Below are positions 1 to 13,200 of a DNA stretch of 64,000 nt, piece after piece. Source of the stretch: Tubiluchus corallicola (lineage: Eukaryota; Animalia; Priapulida); contig JAQGDQ010000161.1 of the NCBI GenBank assembly GCA_030141605.1, positions 310,001-374,000 on the forward strand, in the 5' to 3' direction. The notes beneath the pieces are model-generated. The model did no database searches and was not told where the DNA came from. It saw only the letters and a list, made by a program, of their open reading frames with translations. The position numbers and the translations under genes were made by a program. Each line of letters opens with the position of its first letter. Within the stretch, counting starts at the first letter, position 1.

Positions 1-609
1 GATACTGTAAGTACACAATCTGTCAAAAAATGTAAAATGAACAAGAGAAGGAACCACACATGAGTTCAATTCTAGGTTTTGATTTCACTGTAAAGAAAAA
101 AAAGAAGTACACAGCAAAGCGTCACATGCCAAGGCAGTTCAAGGCCTCGCAGAAGGTCAGCCAATACACGGGGATGTCAAGCAAGCGCAAACGTCCAACG
201 TAGTATTAATTAATTCAAATTATGGTTTGTTAGCCAATTGTAGTCTCTTCATTATTTATGGCAACAAAATTTGTGAAATTATCGTATTTTATTTTTACGT
301 TTAATGAATTAGTCTGTAAAACCTTTTGGGGTTTATATATTAGGTCTACGAATTATTCCAAAGTTTCTCACTAAAATTTAAACACTAAAACTACTTTGCA
401 CTATTTACGCATAAATCGTGAACTTCAATCTAAAACTCCTTACAAATTCGATCATGCGATTTCAACGTTGCCAAGATGGCGAAGCAATAGCATCATTCTT
501 CGTCCTCATGGGCAATTGTCATCAACCAGTGGCCTACGACCGCCACGACGCTCACAATCATGTACGGGGGTATACCGGTATGCACTGACTAGTTATGGAT
601 TACTGACTA

Positions 610-1430
610 GTTACTGGGGATTAGTAACTGAAATTGGCACATGGCCTCTAAAACATAAAGTGAATTATAGGAGACAGATGTTCTATCGGAATTTACCGAT
701 TAGTAAACTAAGGAGATTAACATCACAGAGGTACTCGAAATGCAAATAAACAGCGCACATGAAAGGTCATGGTATAATGAAGTAGTTGAGGCTGCAAAAG
801 AATATACCATAAATGCTAACAAAGAAAGGGCAAAGGTCATGAAAAAGTCTGAATAGAAAAAAGAAATAAAGAATAAGATTGAATGTTTTATAAAGAATGA
901 ATGTGCAGAAAAATGTAGGAGCAGCATTAAATTAAGATTTTTAAAACAAACCGAGTGGAAACGACAAAATTACATAGACACGTGCAAGCCAGAAGAGGTT
1001 AAAGATATATTAAAAATAATACTGAATATGATTAAAGTTAAAAGAAACTACAAGAATGAGTTTAAGGATCAGTTATTATGCCCAGTGTGTGGGGAAGATG
1101 ATGATACTACTGAACATATGCTTAAATGTGGCAGATATGGAGAATGGAAAAAATTTTGAACTCAGATATATTAATGAACAGTGAAAAGGAAGCAATGCTA
1201 GAAATCAGAAATCTAGTGAACGAATGCATGGAATACAGGATAAAGACAAATAAACACATTAAAGTGGGAAAAGACAACTAAAAGATCAGCGTTATAGAAA
1301 AATAGACTTTGCACCCTATAAAGGTGTCCGCCTCTGATAGGTGGAGAGAGTCGAATATTGCAATGGGCAATTGTCATCAACCAGTGGCCTACGACCACCA
1401 AGACACTCACAACCATGTACGGTGGTATAC
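610..1430 (+). mobile_element. Degenerate 3' end of a non-LTR retrotransposon (ORF2 C-terminus with CCHC zinc knuckle) plus 3' UTR
   Basis: Frame-disrupted reading WGLVTEIGTWPLKHKVNYRR...ILNMIKVKRNYKNEFKDQLLCPVCGEDDDTTEHMLKC (about 1015-1130) is a CX2CX8HX3C knuckle typical of LINE ORF2 C-termini; purine-rich sense strand; stops and frameshifts present. Confidence 0.7.
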
Positions 1431-3186
1431 TACTAGTGTGCTATTTTCAATATTACATTATTGCTACTGTTACTCAACCACCATGAGTACTGACTAACAG
1501 TCAAATGACTAGCCATCTTAACTTCGTCTCACTACTGGCCATATCTCTGTGACTTAAGTAGTAACTGTTCAGAAGCCCTCCCAAATACAGCCTCTTCTGG
1601 AGCACTACTGCTTATCACCACTCCCTGTCAATAGCCTGCTTTTCCAAAGCTTATTATTATTCAACATTCTTTGCTTTGTCAGTTGTCACTTCATTGTAAT
1701 ACTTCTTTTTTGCAGTGCTGTATACTTAACTGGAGCAGTAACTGCTGAGAATCATTCCAAAATATAGCCGCTGCTCTGCAGCAATACTGCTTATTAACAT
1801 CGCCTGTGCACAGCCTAATTTTGTTCTGCATTCTATCCTTTCATAGCCTGTTAATTGCATGACCTGGTCCACCATAGCCCAACCACAATGACCTTCTCCA
1901 CCACAGTTTTACAGATGACGAACACTTCACAATGAGAAATTAAAGCATTATACCGAAACAAAAATTCAAGTATAACACTTAAACCAAATAAAACTAATAA
2001 CTATGTACTCCTTTTAAAGTATTCTGATAATACTTGGAAAACTTGTAATCCATTGATAAGTGAAGTTGTTATCTACAAGTACAAGGATGAAATAAACCTG
2101 ACAAAAGTTAACTGTTCAGCCTTTAATTATGTCTGAATGTCTGAACACAACATGAAGTGTTAAGTTGCATATTTTTGCATTATAGAATATTTGTACGAAA
2201 CAAATACAATAAATTTTAATTTGTAAAAAAACAGCTCAGCACTAATAAGATCCAAATTCCAATTAGATAACTTATTTATTTACATAAAAGAGGCAGCACA
2301 GCAAAAGTACAAGTTGCCATAATTATTTTTAGAAAAGGCAGTCTCAGTTGAGTAAAAACGCAATGATCAAGTATAACTTAAATGTGATAACAATACAGCA
2401 ACAACAATAATTAAAATGGTAATGTACTATACTACGTTATTTAGGTAAAAAATTACAATATCTTCTAATGAGTTGTACAAATGATATACTAAGATACCTT
2501 TTAACCATGTTTTCTTGCCCAATGCAACTCATGTGAGAAGCCTTATTAATTTCACTAGATTTGACAGCTAAGCACATGAAAATTATGACAAAGTTGCAAA
2601 CATAAACTTTAGCTGTTCATAGAAGGTAGAAATTTATAATAATGCACAAACTATACAGAACTTTCTAAACCTCACAGCACAACAATATTTCAAAAAGGTA
2701 CATAAAATAAGCCTTGCAACAATAAAACTGCTACAACCCAATTACAGAAACACACATAAATGCACTTCTAGTACATACATCTAGAGTTCATCTTTAGCTC
2801 ATAAAATTTATGTGATTCAGGTAAGTGAGGTAAGCAAATGCATATGAATACTCATTGTTGATGTAAAGAGCATTACTAATGCTAATACTACAGATTACTC
2901 GTCAGAATTTTGTATGTTTATTAAAATATAAACATGTTTCAATCAACACAAATAACTTACTCAAACAAAATTTTATGAAAACTAATCAAACTGCTATACA
3001 CTTATGAATTAAAACACAAACAATTTTAGTGAATAAATATGGAATTAATGTGACAAAATGGGCATGTCGAGATACTTTTCAATAATTTCACAGTTTTTGC
3101 TACAAAAATCTGGCAAACATATCACAGAAGCTTGTTCATATCAATATGTCATTATAAAATAATACTAGTTCTCATTCCCAGAAATA

Positions 3187-6100
3187 CTATCTTCGCCTTG
3201 TTCCACCGAATCCAGATGCTGTTCTAGTCCCCGTGCTACCGCCAAATGATCCACCGCCACCAAAACTACCTCCTCCTGACCCCCACCCAGAGCTACCTCC
3301 CCAACCTCCACCCCATGTTCTGCGTCCTGGATGGTGGTAATTATATCCACCATGCCTACAGTGATAAAAAATAATAAATTAACAAAAATATACAGTAAAA
3401 TGCATATATATATATGAATATTTGTTATCTCACAATAAAAAAATTTAATTGAAGGGACATTTCAGCTACGTACTAATGGCTATCATGAGACCACAAAATG
3501 ATATTTCTTGAAGAGAAAGATCGTCATCTAAAGCTAAAACTTTTCTCTAATTAGTTAAAAGATGATCGTTCATTAAAATAAATAAAATGTATAATCATGG
3601 GGCATTAGATCATTAAAATAAATAAAATGTATAATCATGGGGCATTAGATCAGACAATTTTTCTGCAATATTCGGTGTCTTTTTAGGCAATAACAAATAT
3701 TGCAGTGCACACAAACAAAATTAGTCATAATTTTTTTAAATCAAAAAGAGAATTTCTTTAATGGTTACTGTTACTGTTAATGCAAAAAAAGCTTACCAAC
3801 ATACTGTAATTCAAATCTAAATTTCTTACAACAGAGATTTTTTTGTTGTTTTCTGGCCTCATTTTGATTTCTGTATACCACTTATAAAAACATCAAACAT
3901 TTTTTTTGTTTAAAGATGACAAATTAATAAAGTATCAATAATAATAAATACACAAGTTCACATATTACAAAAATTTTAAAATGTACACATTTGTAGCAAA
4001 CTTAAATTTTCATAACTTATGAGCTACGTTACCCTCTATTGCCAAACAAGTATCCAAGTGCACCACCAGTTGCTAAACCGCCCCAGAATCCTCCCAAGCC
4101 ACTCCCACCTGTGGCTGCACCCATATTTTGCCCACAACTTGCACCTAGTAAAATGAAAAGCAAAACTAACTATATATTTACATTCTATTTTATGAGAAAG
4201 TTAATACCAATACAAATATCATCACAGCATCTAGATAGCCAAATTATTAACATTTAGAGTTATAAAAATTTTGAACTCATTTCAAAATTTTAGTTGTTTA
4301 AAAAAAACAAAATTTCCAACTCAAAAGAGTCTCTAAGAATATGATGTAAGTATATGAAATATAAAATGAAAAAGAGTTCAACTTAAAATGTAAATAGGTA
4401 CCTTGAGTATAATCCTGCCTAAACCCATACGGAGGAGGGCTACCGCTACCGGAGCTATAACCTCCACCTCTATAGCGAGAGTCTCCACTGTCGGGATAAT
4501 CGCCACTATCGGGACTATAAGCATGCTGGGATACACAGCTTCTATAGATTCCATATCCAATAAGTCCAATTATGACTATCATGATTAGATCACCAAATGC
4601 GGATTTTGAAGATTTCTTGTAATGGCTAAAATGACAAAGTTGACAAAAATTATGCAACTGTGCATTGAGAGATAACTAGTTTCTCAGACATTAAATTATT
4701 TTGAGAAACTGCAGTCCACTGCAACACCAAAAACATGACACTGCAACGCCCAACACCAAAATTCAATGAATTTTTGCAATTAACTGTTACAAAAATGGCA
4801 ATTCCATTTAAATTAACTACAGTGTTTTCAGATAAAAAAGACTGATATTTGCTTTTGTTAAGAGTTAAAAAACAGCTAGATAAATACAGTTGTCAAGTAC
4901 AAAATAAATATACACAGTACAATATAAAGGCCACACGAACCTATCATATCCATGATTATGCTGGGAAGAGGTGTAATAAGGTTCATTGTACTGATTATGC
5001 CTGTTTTGTTGTTGATACCCTTCTTTAGTAAGCTCTAACGTGTATTCAAGCTAAATAAACAAAAACCAGACATTTCAGTAAGCTAACAAAAATACAGACT
5101 ATTAAAAACACCTGTAGATGGTAAATTATAGTTCTATCTTATTAGAACACTAGCTACAAAATGTTTCCATTTTACCATGAAAATAGCTCTATTTTAAAGT
5201 GTACTTTACATTACCAAGGTGAAGTTATCTATTAACCTCTTAATGAAGTGCACAAACAGTACGAGAATAATGTATATACTTCATACTTCACAGCACTGTA
5301 GAAACTAAATAAAATGTCAAGTAGTTCTAACTTACTCCGCATGAACCTTTCAAAATGTAGGGATCATTGGGATGATCATAGCCTTCACAAATCACCTCAA
5401 CCGATCCAAACCTGTAGGCATTATCCATATCTGCTTTACATTCCCACTGTAAAATTATGTGAATAAATTTTATTAACAAAATACACTGATATGAATATTA
5501 TTTCAGTAACAGGGCATTTTTGGACAAATAACAGTAAATTATAATACATTTAACATAGCTGGTTATGACTGTAATTAGCTATAAAACATATCAAAAGTAT
5601 GATCACAGAAATTTCCAGATATCCCGAACTAAGCAAAGGACAATTCACTTAGCATGTTGCGTTTATTTTACTATTATCACTTAAACATAGAAAAATAACA
5701 AAGAAAATTTGCAAAAAGCTGTCTACAAAGCATAAAGTTAACTTCTCCTACCACTGAATACAAATTATCAGGCGTGGTTATAGCCGCCATTCACTTGAAA
5801 ATTATGACGTAACTGGTCGACTTTATGACTTTTTGTAAGTGCATCATGGCTTTCCTCAAGTGTGAGCCACTTAAACTAATTTAAACTTTTGCAGCTTACC
5901 TAACATGCACGCAAAAATATCATAATATCAAATCTGATTTTTTGTAAAAACTTTTTATACCTTTCATGGAAATTAACAGTGAGCTGCTTTTCATCAGTTG
6001 ATGAAAGACATCATTGATGGAAAAATTGGCATTCAAAATGGGAGTGCCCAAATGTGAAATGATCGAGACTTTAAAGTGATTTTATTAATTAGAGGAGTCA

Positions 6101-8939
6101 CATATCACATTTAATAATAAATCCTTCTAACATTTTTCTTAACACTGAAATAATCGTAACTTTCTGCAAGGCTTTAATACTAATCATGACAGTTGGTATC
6201 AAGCTAACATTAAAAAACATCTACCCATTTGAAAAAAATAAAATTGACATTGTCATTTTTTTAGGACAGAATGACAAAGAAGTTCACATGGTCAAGGACA
6301 CGAAACACGAACCACAATGTTAGATAGATGTACATTGATTATGTGAACTAAAGAGCTGGGATAAAGTACAGCAACATACCTGCACATCATAACCATCAGA
6401 ACCACGATTATAGCACTGCACAACATAAGGAACATACTGATTAGCAGCTGATCCACCTACACACTTCAACTGAAAAAAAATTATTAAACACTAGTTAACA
6501 GTTGTAAATAATGCAGCTAAGGAATAAGAAAACTTATTTTGGTGCCATTTGTGCATTTATAGCTTCCTCGTGATTTAATTACATTTAATCCTTACAATAA
6601 TTATACTTTACAATTTCTTATTTATATGCGTCCAAACCTACTGTTTAGTCAATGATTACTTGCTCCTTTAGAAATGACTAGAAACAGTTAACTAATATGT
6701 GTTTGACCAGTGGCACGTGTATACACTGCGGAACTGCAGCACCCCTATTTTCACTAGATATTATCGACAACATTCAATATAATGAGTATTTTTTCTTTAA
6801 TTCTTTCTTCATACTTGTACATTATATAATTCTTAAACTTAACATCAGTAGCCAATCCCTAATTCATGAAAAAATGACAAAAATGCTTGTATGGAACCGC
6901 GTGTTCCACAGTTCCAGCAACGCTATATTTGGCTGTTGTGCACACGTGTTCAAGATAAGAAGCTGCATGCAAGGTAGAGACAGCACAGTCGCTCATGCAG
7001 TGCCGACCCTGTTGTGCAAATGTACGGCAGTGTTTCTTTTTGACTAAATTTTCTTTTTACACAATATTAAAACAATGGCTAAAAATTTTCTGAAGGTGCA
7101 CCCCACAAATTTTAACTCGAGCCGCAACAGCGTTTGACAGACAAATGTTATGCAGATGCTAATGATAAATGAACCTTCACTATCGAGCGTGAAGTGATCC
7201 AGATGCACTGACTTGCAATGCTACCAATAAGACAAAAGGATATGCACAATGCAGCATAATCTATTGTAAAACATCACTGAGCCATCGATATTTCATTCAA
7301 AAGCAAGTCAAATACCTGGGGAACTGGGTTTGACCTGCGTCCAGTAGTCATCTGTCCATGGCGTAAAGTTAGAACCTTCACATCCTCCAGCAAGATCTTA
7401 TCTTGATTACCACCTAAAGTATTGAGAACAAAGCTGCAAAAATTATTTGGTGATAGGTATACAAAAAAAAAATTGTCAGTAGAGCAGTTTCGGTTATAAT
7501 TTATAAGTCTGGCAATACCTCATAAAATTTAGCAGTAGGCCTAAACCTTCGCAAAATTGGTAGATATATTCATTGATGTCTTGGTTATAAAGTAACTACT
7601 CATTATTTTGCTAGCAAAATGTTTCCATCTCAGTACTGTGGTACTAGAAGGCATCCTTACAAAATCAAGAAGAGAGCAGCCTCCAATAGATGGAGTAGAA
7701 AATGGGAGGTTCTTTCGACACAGGTGGTTGACGAATTGAATAAGTTACCCGAAAATGTAATTCAATGCCACTAACACTTCTGTGTTTAAATCCCGATTAA
7801 ATTGATATTGGTAGCACAACCCAGAAAAGTTTGTCGATCCTAGTGTCGCAAACGCTTAATTTTATTACGATGAATGGTTGATTTTTATTCTTCAAAATTT
7901 TTTCTCTGATTTTAACGATTTAACTTAATGTTTTTAACTTTCTAATTTTATGTAGAAAGTTTGAATTTTTGTAAAAATAGGCAGGAGAGCAAAACTTGGG
8001 AAACTGAATGCCCTAATTTAATTTGTAGCAATTTTCTAAATGTATACATGTACTTTTACTTTTATATCGAAAACAAGGCAAGTAATAAAAATAATCTCAT
8101 AATTATTGATGAATATTACATTTTTACAATGATGATGAAATAAGAGTAGTTAGTACATGTTTACTAATAAAGATTTATAGGTCTATCATAAGAGACCTAC
8201 GTTTTAGTTCTACATTTTAGTAACGAGAAAAGAAATTACAACATGATTACATTAAATGTATACGTTAAGTCTAATACAAAAACACTTTAGACAGACCTAT
8301 TATACTGTGTCCATGGTCATCTTCGATAATGAGCAAAGGAGCAACATAGCGACTGTCAGTGCCATGTGACTCCTGGCTAGCTAGGCCTTTGGCACAGATA
8401 AATTACTATATATAGATCTATGAAAGAAGCCTAATTTAGCTAATTACAGACACATAGATTTGAATGACAATTACATTGGTAATTTATTACCATGCAAATT
8501 TAACACTACATTTACATTCAAGAACTAGTTTGCAAGGGCAGATCCATGGAAACAGCGTAAAAACACTAATTCTATATATGTCATACTCGCGTAGTTCTCG
8601 ACACCTAGACTGCCTCAATGGCAGCAAGATGTTTTGCAATACAGTCCATGATCATGCAGTACTGTTGCTTCTTTTAATATAGAAATCAAAGAAAATAAGA
8701 GAAGTTTACAAGATATTTATCAGTTCTATCCTTCAATGGTAATGGTATATTAGCATAAAAATCTTTAATATCAAAAAAAGCAAAGAACCATCTAAGCGTA
8801 ATAATGCCATTTAAAGAAATACGCCTAATGTAAAAAACCACTTACTGAAGCCAAAGGCACCAATCGCTAGACCCGGCAGCAAAGCCAGTAAAAAAGAAAG
8901 ACAACACAGAGAAAAACAGCTGTTCATCGACATCCTCAT
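3187..8939 (-). CDS. SARAF: Store-operated calcium entry-associated regulatory factor (SARAF/TMEM66), about 335 aa, 8 exons
   Basis: Exons 8939-8846, 7413-7316, 6469-6380, 5446-5336, 5050-4941, 4625-4402, 4144-4033, 3355-3187; all GT-AG and phase-consistent. Signal peptide, then DKILLEDVKVLTLRHGQMTTGRRSNPVPQLKCVGG...VQCYNRGSDGYDVQWECKADMDNAYRFG...CEGYDHPNDPYILKGSCGLEYTL, one TM helix, GFWGGLATGGALGYLFG and terminal TRTASGFGGTRRR*, all SARAF hallmarks. Confidence 0.96.
3570..3651. repeat. 40-bp tandem duplication in the last SARAF intron
   Basis: TCATTAAAATAAATAAAATGTATAATCATGGGGCATTAGA occurs twice head-to-tail. Confidence 0.9.
5640..6180. mobile_element. Dispersed repeat, probably a non-autonomous DNA element; other copies at about 16600-16940 (inverted) and 17510-17655
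   Basis: 5645-5810 matches the reverse complement of 16765-16926, 5950-6075 matches the reverse complement of 16600-16740, and 6040-6170 matches 17530-17650 directly. Confidence 0.7.
6708..7130. mobile_element. hAT-like MITE
   Basis: Starts CAGTGGC and ends GCCGCAACAG (degenerate inverted terminus); flanked by an 8-bp near-duplication TGTTTGAC (6700-6707) / CGTTTGAC (7131-7138). Confidence 0.55.
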
Positions 8940-9580
8940 GCAGTTATATTTATTATATCCCATGTCCCTTTTGGACACGAAATTGCGCTGGAAACAAATC
9001 GTATTTCGACTTAGTTAAACTTGTACACTACAGTAGTGATTGTACGAATACCGAGTCTGAAATTGACCACTGCTAAGACTAGTTTCAATAATAACTGATG
9101 AATAATAATTGTCGAGAATACTTAAATAATAATTGTTAATCTAAAACCGCGGAATTTTGCACAATCGTCTATACATCCAACGACTCAGCTATTGACAGCT
9201 AAGCAAAAACATTTAACGATGATTCAAGTCATTCAATTCTAATTTCTAAAAAATCATCACGTTGCACTTGTCAACAATGCCTAGGAACGCAAACATGATT
9301 TAGCAATCCGTTCTGAAATAGTGCCAATTAAATAAAAAAATATATATCCAGCAAAGTTATATTTAGTAACCAAATAAAATTTTTTACAAAAACGGACGTT
9401 CACTTCTCAAGTTTATTATCACTAACGACAATAAACCATTTATTAGGGTAATAAATTGTAAAAGGCGACACGTCAGCTTAACGCGCCATAATTTAACGAA
9501 CTATTTTACATAATGGCAGCGCCCTGGTAGGTCAAAAAATGCTGCGCTTTTATGTGATGTGGACATATGATGTTTCTATT
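8940..9580. promoter_or_regulatory. Probable bidirectional promoter region between SARAF (-) and the F-box gene (+)
   Basis: Head-to-head start codons at 8939 and 10275; locally CpG-richer; YY1-like CGCCAT (9484-9489) and TGGCAGCGCCCT (9514-9525). Confidence 0.5.
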
Positions 9581-9583
9581 GAT

Positions 9584-10009
9584 TGAGCTGTGACTAGAAT
9601 TCTACTTATTCAAATTTCGTAAAGGTTTCAGAAAACAAAATGCTTTATTGAAACCAAAGTTCCGGTCTTCTCTACTTTAGTTTAACCTGTATTTTCAAGT
9701 TCCAGCTACGTGTACAATTTATTTATACAAGGCTGAACTACAGACAGTAAAAACTGAACAACAAAAGGAAATTGGTGCTTTTCAAAAGCGTCTGTATGAG
9801 CTGTGACTAGAATTCTACTTATTCAAATTTCGTAAAGGTTTCAGAAAACAAAATACTTTATTGAAACCAAAGTTCGGGTCTTCTCTACTTTAGTTTAACC
9901 TGTATTTTCAAGTTCCAGCTACGCGTACAATTTATTTATACAATGCTGAACTACAGACAGTAAAAACTGAACAACAAAAGGAAATTGGTGCTTTTCAAAA
10001 GCGTCTGTA
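9584..10009. repeat. 213-bp tandem duplication
   Basis: 9584-9796 and 9797-10009 both run TGAGCTGTGACTAGAATTC...CAAAAGCGTCTGTA; four substitutions seen by eye. Confidence 0.95.
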
Positions 10010-10274
10010 CAGAAGCTTATAGGTGTCAAATAGCCTAACAGAATACCTATTGATGATTTGTATGATTGATGATGACCTGGGCAAACATTCTGCCACTATC
10101 CATCACAGGTCTTATTTAAGTACAGATAGGGATTTCAGTCTTCTTGACAAGTACCCGTGTAGCATCTGTTGTTCTAATCACAACATCAAGTGCGTTTTGT
10201 TCTAATACATCAAGTACTAATAAATGTGAATTTTGCAGAAATGACTGATCTTTACAACTCATTTTGTGAGCACC

Positions 10275-13200
10275 ATGTCCGAGCCAGAAGGCCCAGGTTG
10301 GGAATATTTACCAAGTGTTCTCTTGGAAAAAATATTTGCTTTGCTTGAAATTCGACACCGGTACTGGGCTTCACAGGCAAGTAGTCTTAGTTTCTTAGTT
10401 CACTTTGAAAACTTGCATTATGATTTTTGATATCAAGCAATTCAAAAGAATCCTACTTGCTAAATATAAAGATTTTTACTGATTGCTACTAGTGACTGAA
10501 TTTGATGATTACCGAGTCCCCAAAATTACAAAGATTTGCTAATTTTGCTGCTCTTTTGTTTAAATTTTTATTTCTATATATATATATTATATATATGTAT
10601 TTAATTTCACATTTGAATGTGTGAGTGACGACATACATACAGATAATAATAGTTGCATATTTGTAATACTAATTGGTGTAGAACTTTATTTGAAAAATAC
10701 ATTTTAGTTTGTAGGGAAGATGAAAACTGCTATCTTGAAGTAGTAATTATAGTGATAAGTGTAACTGTCACGGAGACCCTTAATGTAAATGTAATTATAT
10801 TGGCCCTATTTTACATCTATGGCTGAGGTTTCTACACCGTACGTACTCGCTGTCGATGTTCTAATTCACTGCTATCAGCGGTTCACCATTTTTGTTCTGA
10901 GAATTCAGATCTTTTTTAATGCTTTGATGTCCACGGTCTGTCACTCTCTCTGTGGTGGTCGTGTAGCGAGGACACATACGGTGACGATCTTTTCACCGTT
11001 CGTCTATAATTCCTGTAATTATTACCAATTTAGTTCACCAACAGTTTTACATAGCAACAAGAGTTCATGATGATTTTTTTATCTATAACGTTAATAAACA
11101 ATGTAAGTTTGTCGTTTACGTTGGACTTGTTGTCTTTGACAAATGCATTTATCTTCATTTTACCCTCACAAGAAGAAGACCACAGCATTATAATAAGTTA
11201 TGATGTAGACTGGTATTACTGTATTATTCTTATTCTCACTGGGTTAGCATAAATTATGAATTTAATACTCTCCTTTAAAAATATTTTAGGTATGCAGACA
11301 ATGGTACTGGGCATTCTATGCACCTCAAGTTTGGGCAAATTTTGTTTTTGAGGATGGAATGCTTTGCAGGCGTAAATTTATGTTGTACAGTGGGTGGCAA
11401 AAGCATTTGAATCCGTATCGAGTGCAGGTAAATTTTTTACTAATCTGTTCTATTTTTGAAATTTTAAATTTAGTTTGCAAAACATTTGTTCACAATATGT
11501 GTATTGGCATATGTAGTGATTTCGTGCATTAGTTTGTGCATCTTGATAGGTCTATTTGGAAACTTTGTTGGTAGAAGCTTACCTATATTGTTTAGTTTTA
11601 CTTTTGAAATGCTCCCAAAGTTATGTACAGTGTAATCATTCTCACTGTATGCAAGAAGTCAAGAAGTATATATGAATCAGCAAAACAATGAGAAAGAGCA
11701 TTTACTTTCGAGTGAAGAACAGTTATCTTAACAACTACTTCTGATGCTATTCGTGGCCATAAATAGACAAGAGGCATGATTCGTGTTTGTTGCTCATTGG
11801 GCATCGTATCACGACTCATTTTTGATAATTGATTTATGACAATGAGTTGGAAGAATTTTAACTAACACATTAAATAACAAATATTGTAATGATAAAAATA
11901 ATTAAAAAAGTACATTTATATCTACTTTTGAGAACTTTTATATACAGCAGGACTGTATTTTCCTGGTACCCTATGACGAAAAAGAAATTCATATTTACAA
12001 GTAAAGGAAATTTCTCAGGTTGAAAGTGTTGTTAATGGTACTTGGGTGTGGTACTTTGTGGATACTGGTTACATAGTTCTTCTGAAAAAGACCATTATTA
12101 AATGTGCTAATTTTTACATCTTTTTATTTAATAAAATTTGTTGTTTTCCTTACAAATAGCTGATGCTGCAAAGAGTTGGACATTTGTTTCGGGCAATTAC
12201 CATCAAGCCAATGTTTAGTTTCTATAATCTCCACGAATTTGTTGGTGTGCTTACAGCATTTATTGATTTGCATAAGCCATATTATCATCCTCTTCAGTTG
12301 CTGAGGTAATTTGATTAATATAAGGTGTTTTAACAATTTTACTTTTTTGTAATATGGGTAATGTCGTACAACAAATATTAGGTACCTGTAATTTGATATC
12401 CAAAAGAACTTCATCGTGGTGGCTAAATTCAGATACAGGGTGCTCTTTGGCAAGCTTATCAAGTGGCATTTACCTGGCAACCGGAATGTTTTATACACCT
12501 GTGGAATAGCAGAAAAAATAATGTATTGAAAACATTATAAACCAATTTTATGCATTCAGGATCCTCATAACGTGTATGCATTAAGGATGCTAGGTAATTA
12601 CCACTTTAGAGCTTAATATATGTTACAAAGTACAATTGTCGGTTACTATCGTCTATTTTTTGCAAAGTTCTCAAATCCAGTGTATTAAAAATCAGTACCC
12701 TAATTAAGCTAAGTGTTTTCCACAGATTTGACATTTTAAAACTTGCCTGATTTATTTTCGGTAATCCATTTTTTGACGTTGTAAACTTGTTTGTCACTTT
12801 TATTTGTTTGTTTTTCTATAGATGTTTCCGATTCAATTTTGCCTGTCAGCATGACCTTGGTTACAATCGAGCATCCATTATTGGAACAGGAGGCCAGATT
12901 TACAGGGGGCTACTTGATTTGCTTGAGCGATTGCGAAACTTGGAAGAATTGCAGCTAACACATCTGTTACTGGACAGCCACGAAGCAGTGTTTCTGCTCG
13001 ATAATACGCTGCAGAATTGTGCCGACTCACTGCGGATTCTAACAGTAGTAGATTGTTCAAAATTGCCAATGTCATTCTTACATGTGGGACTGTTCTTCAA
13101 ACTAGAAAAGTTGGTGCTCTCACCTCAACATCTTGATAGTGATGTTGTAGAACTGCTTAGTTTCACTCATGTAAAAACTATAATACTGTTCCAGGATGAA

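Noticed and set aside
396-749. 117-aa ORF as a host gene
   Set aside because: TTG start, no splice support, and its 3' half is LINE-derived.
3165-3353. 62-aa minus-strand ORF
   Set aside because: Wrong frame of the last SARAF exon; the spliced frame ends in the conserved GGTRRR* at 3187.
4039-4257. Pro-rich plus-strand ORF
   Set aside because: Antisense shadow of a Gly-rich SARAF exon.
12787-12821. ORF-track start of the 340-aa F-box ORF
   Set aside because: Begins at a TTG within the polypyrimidine tract; the exon starts at 12822.
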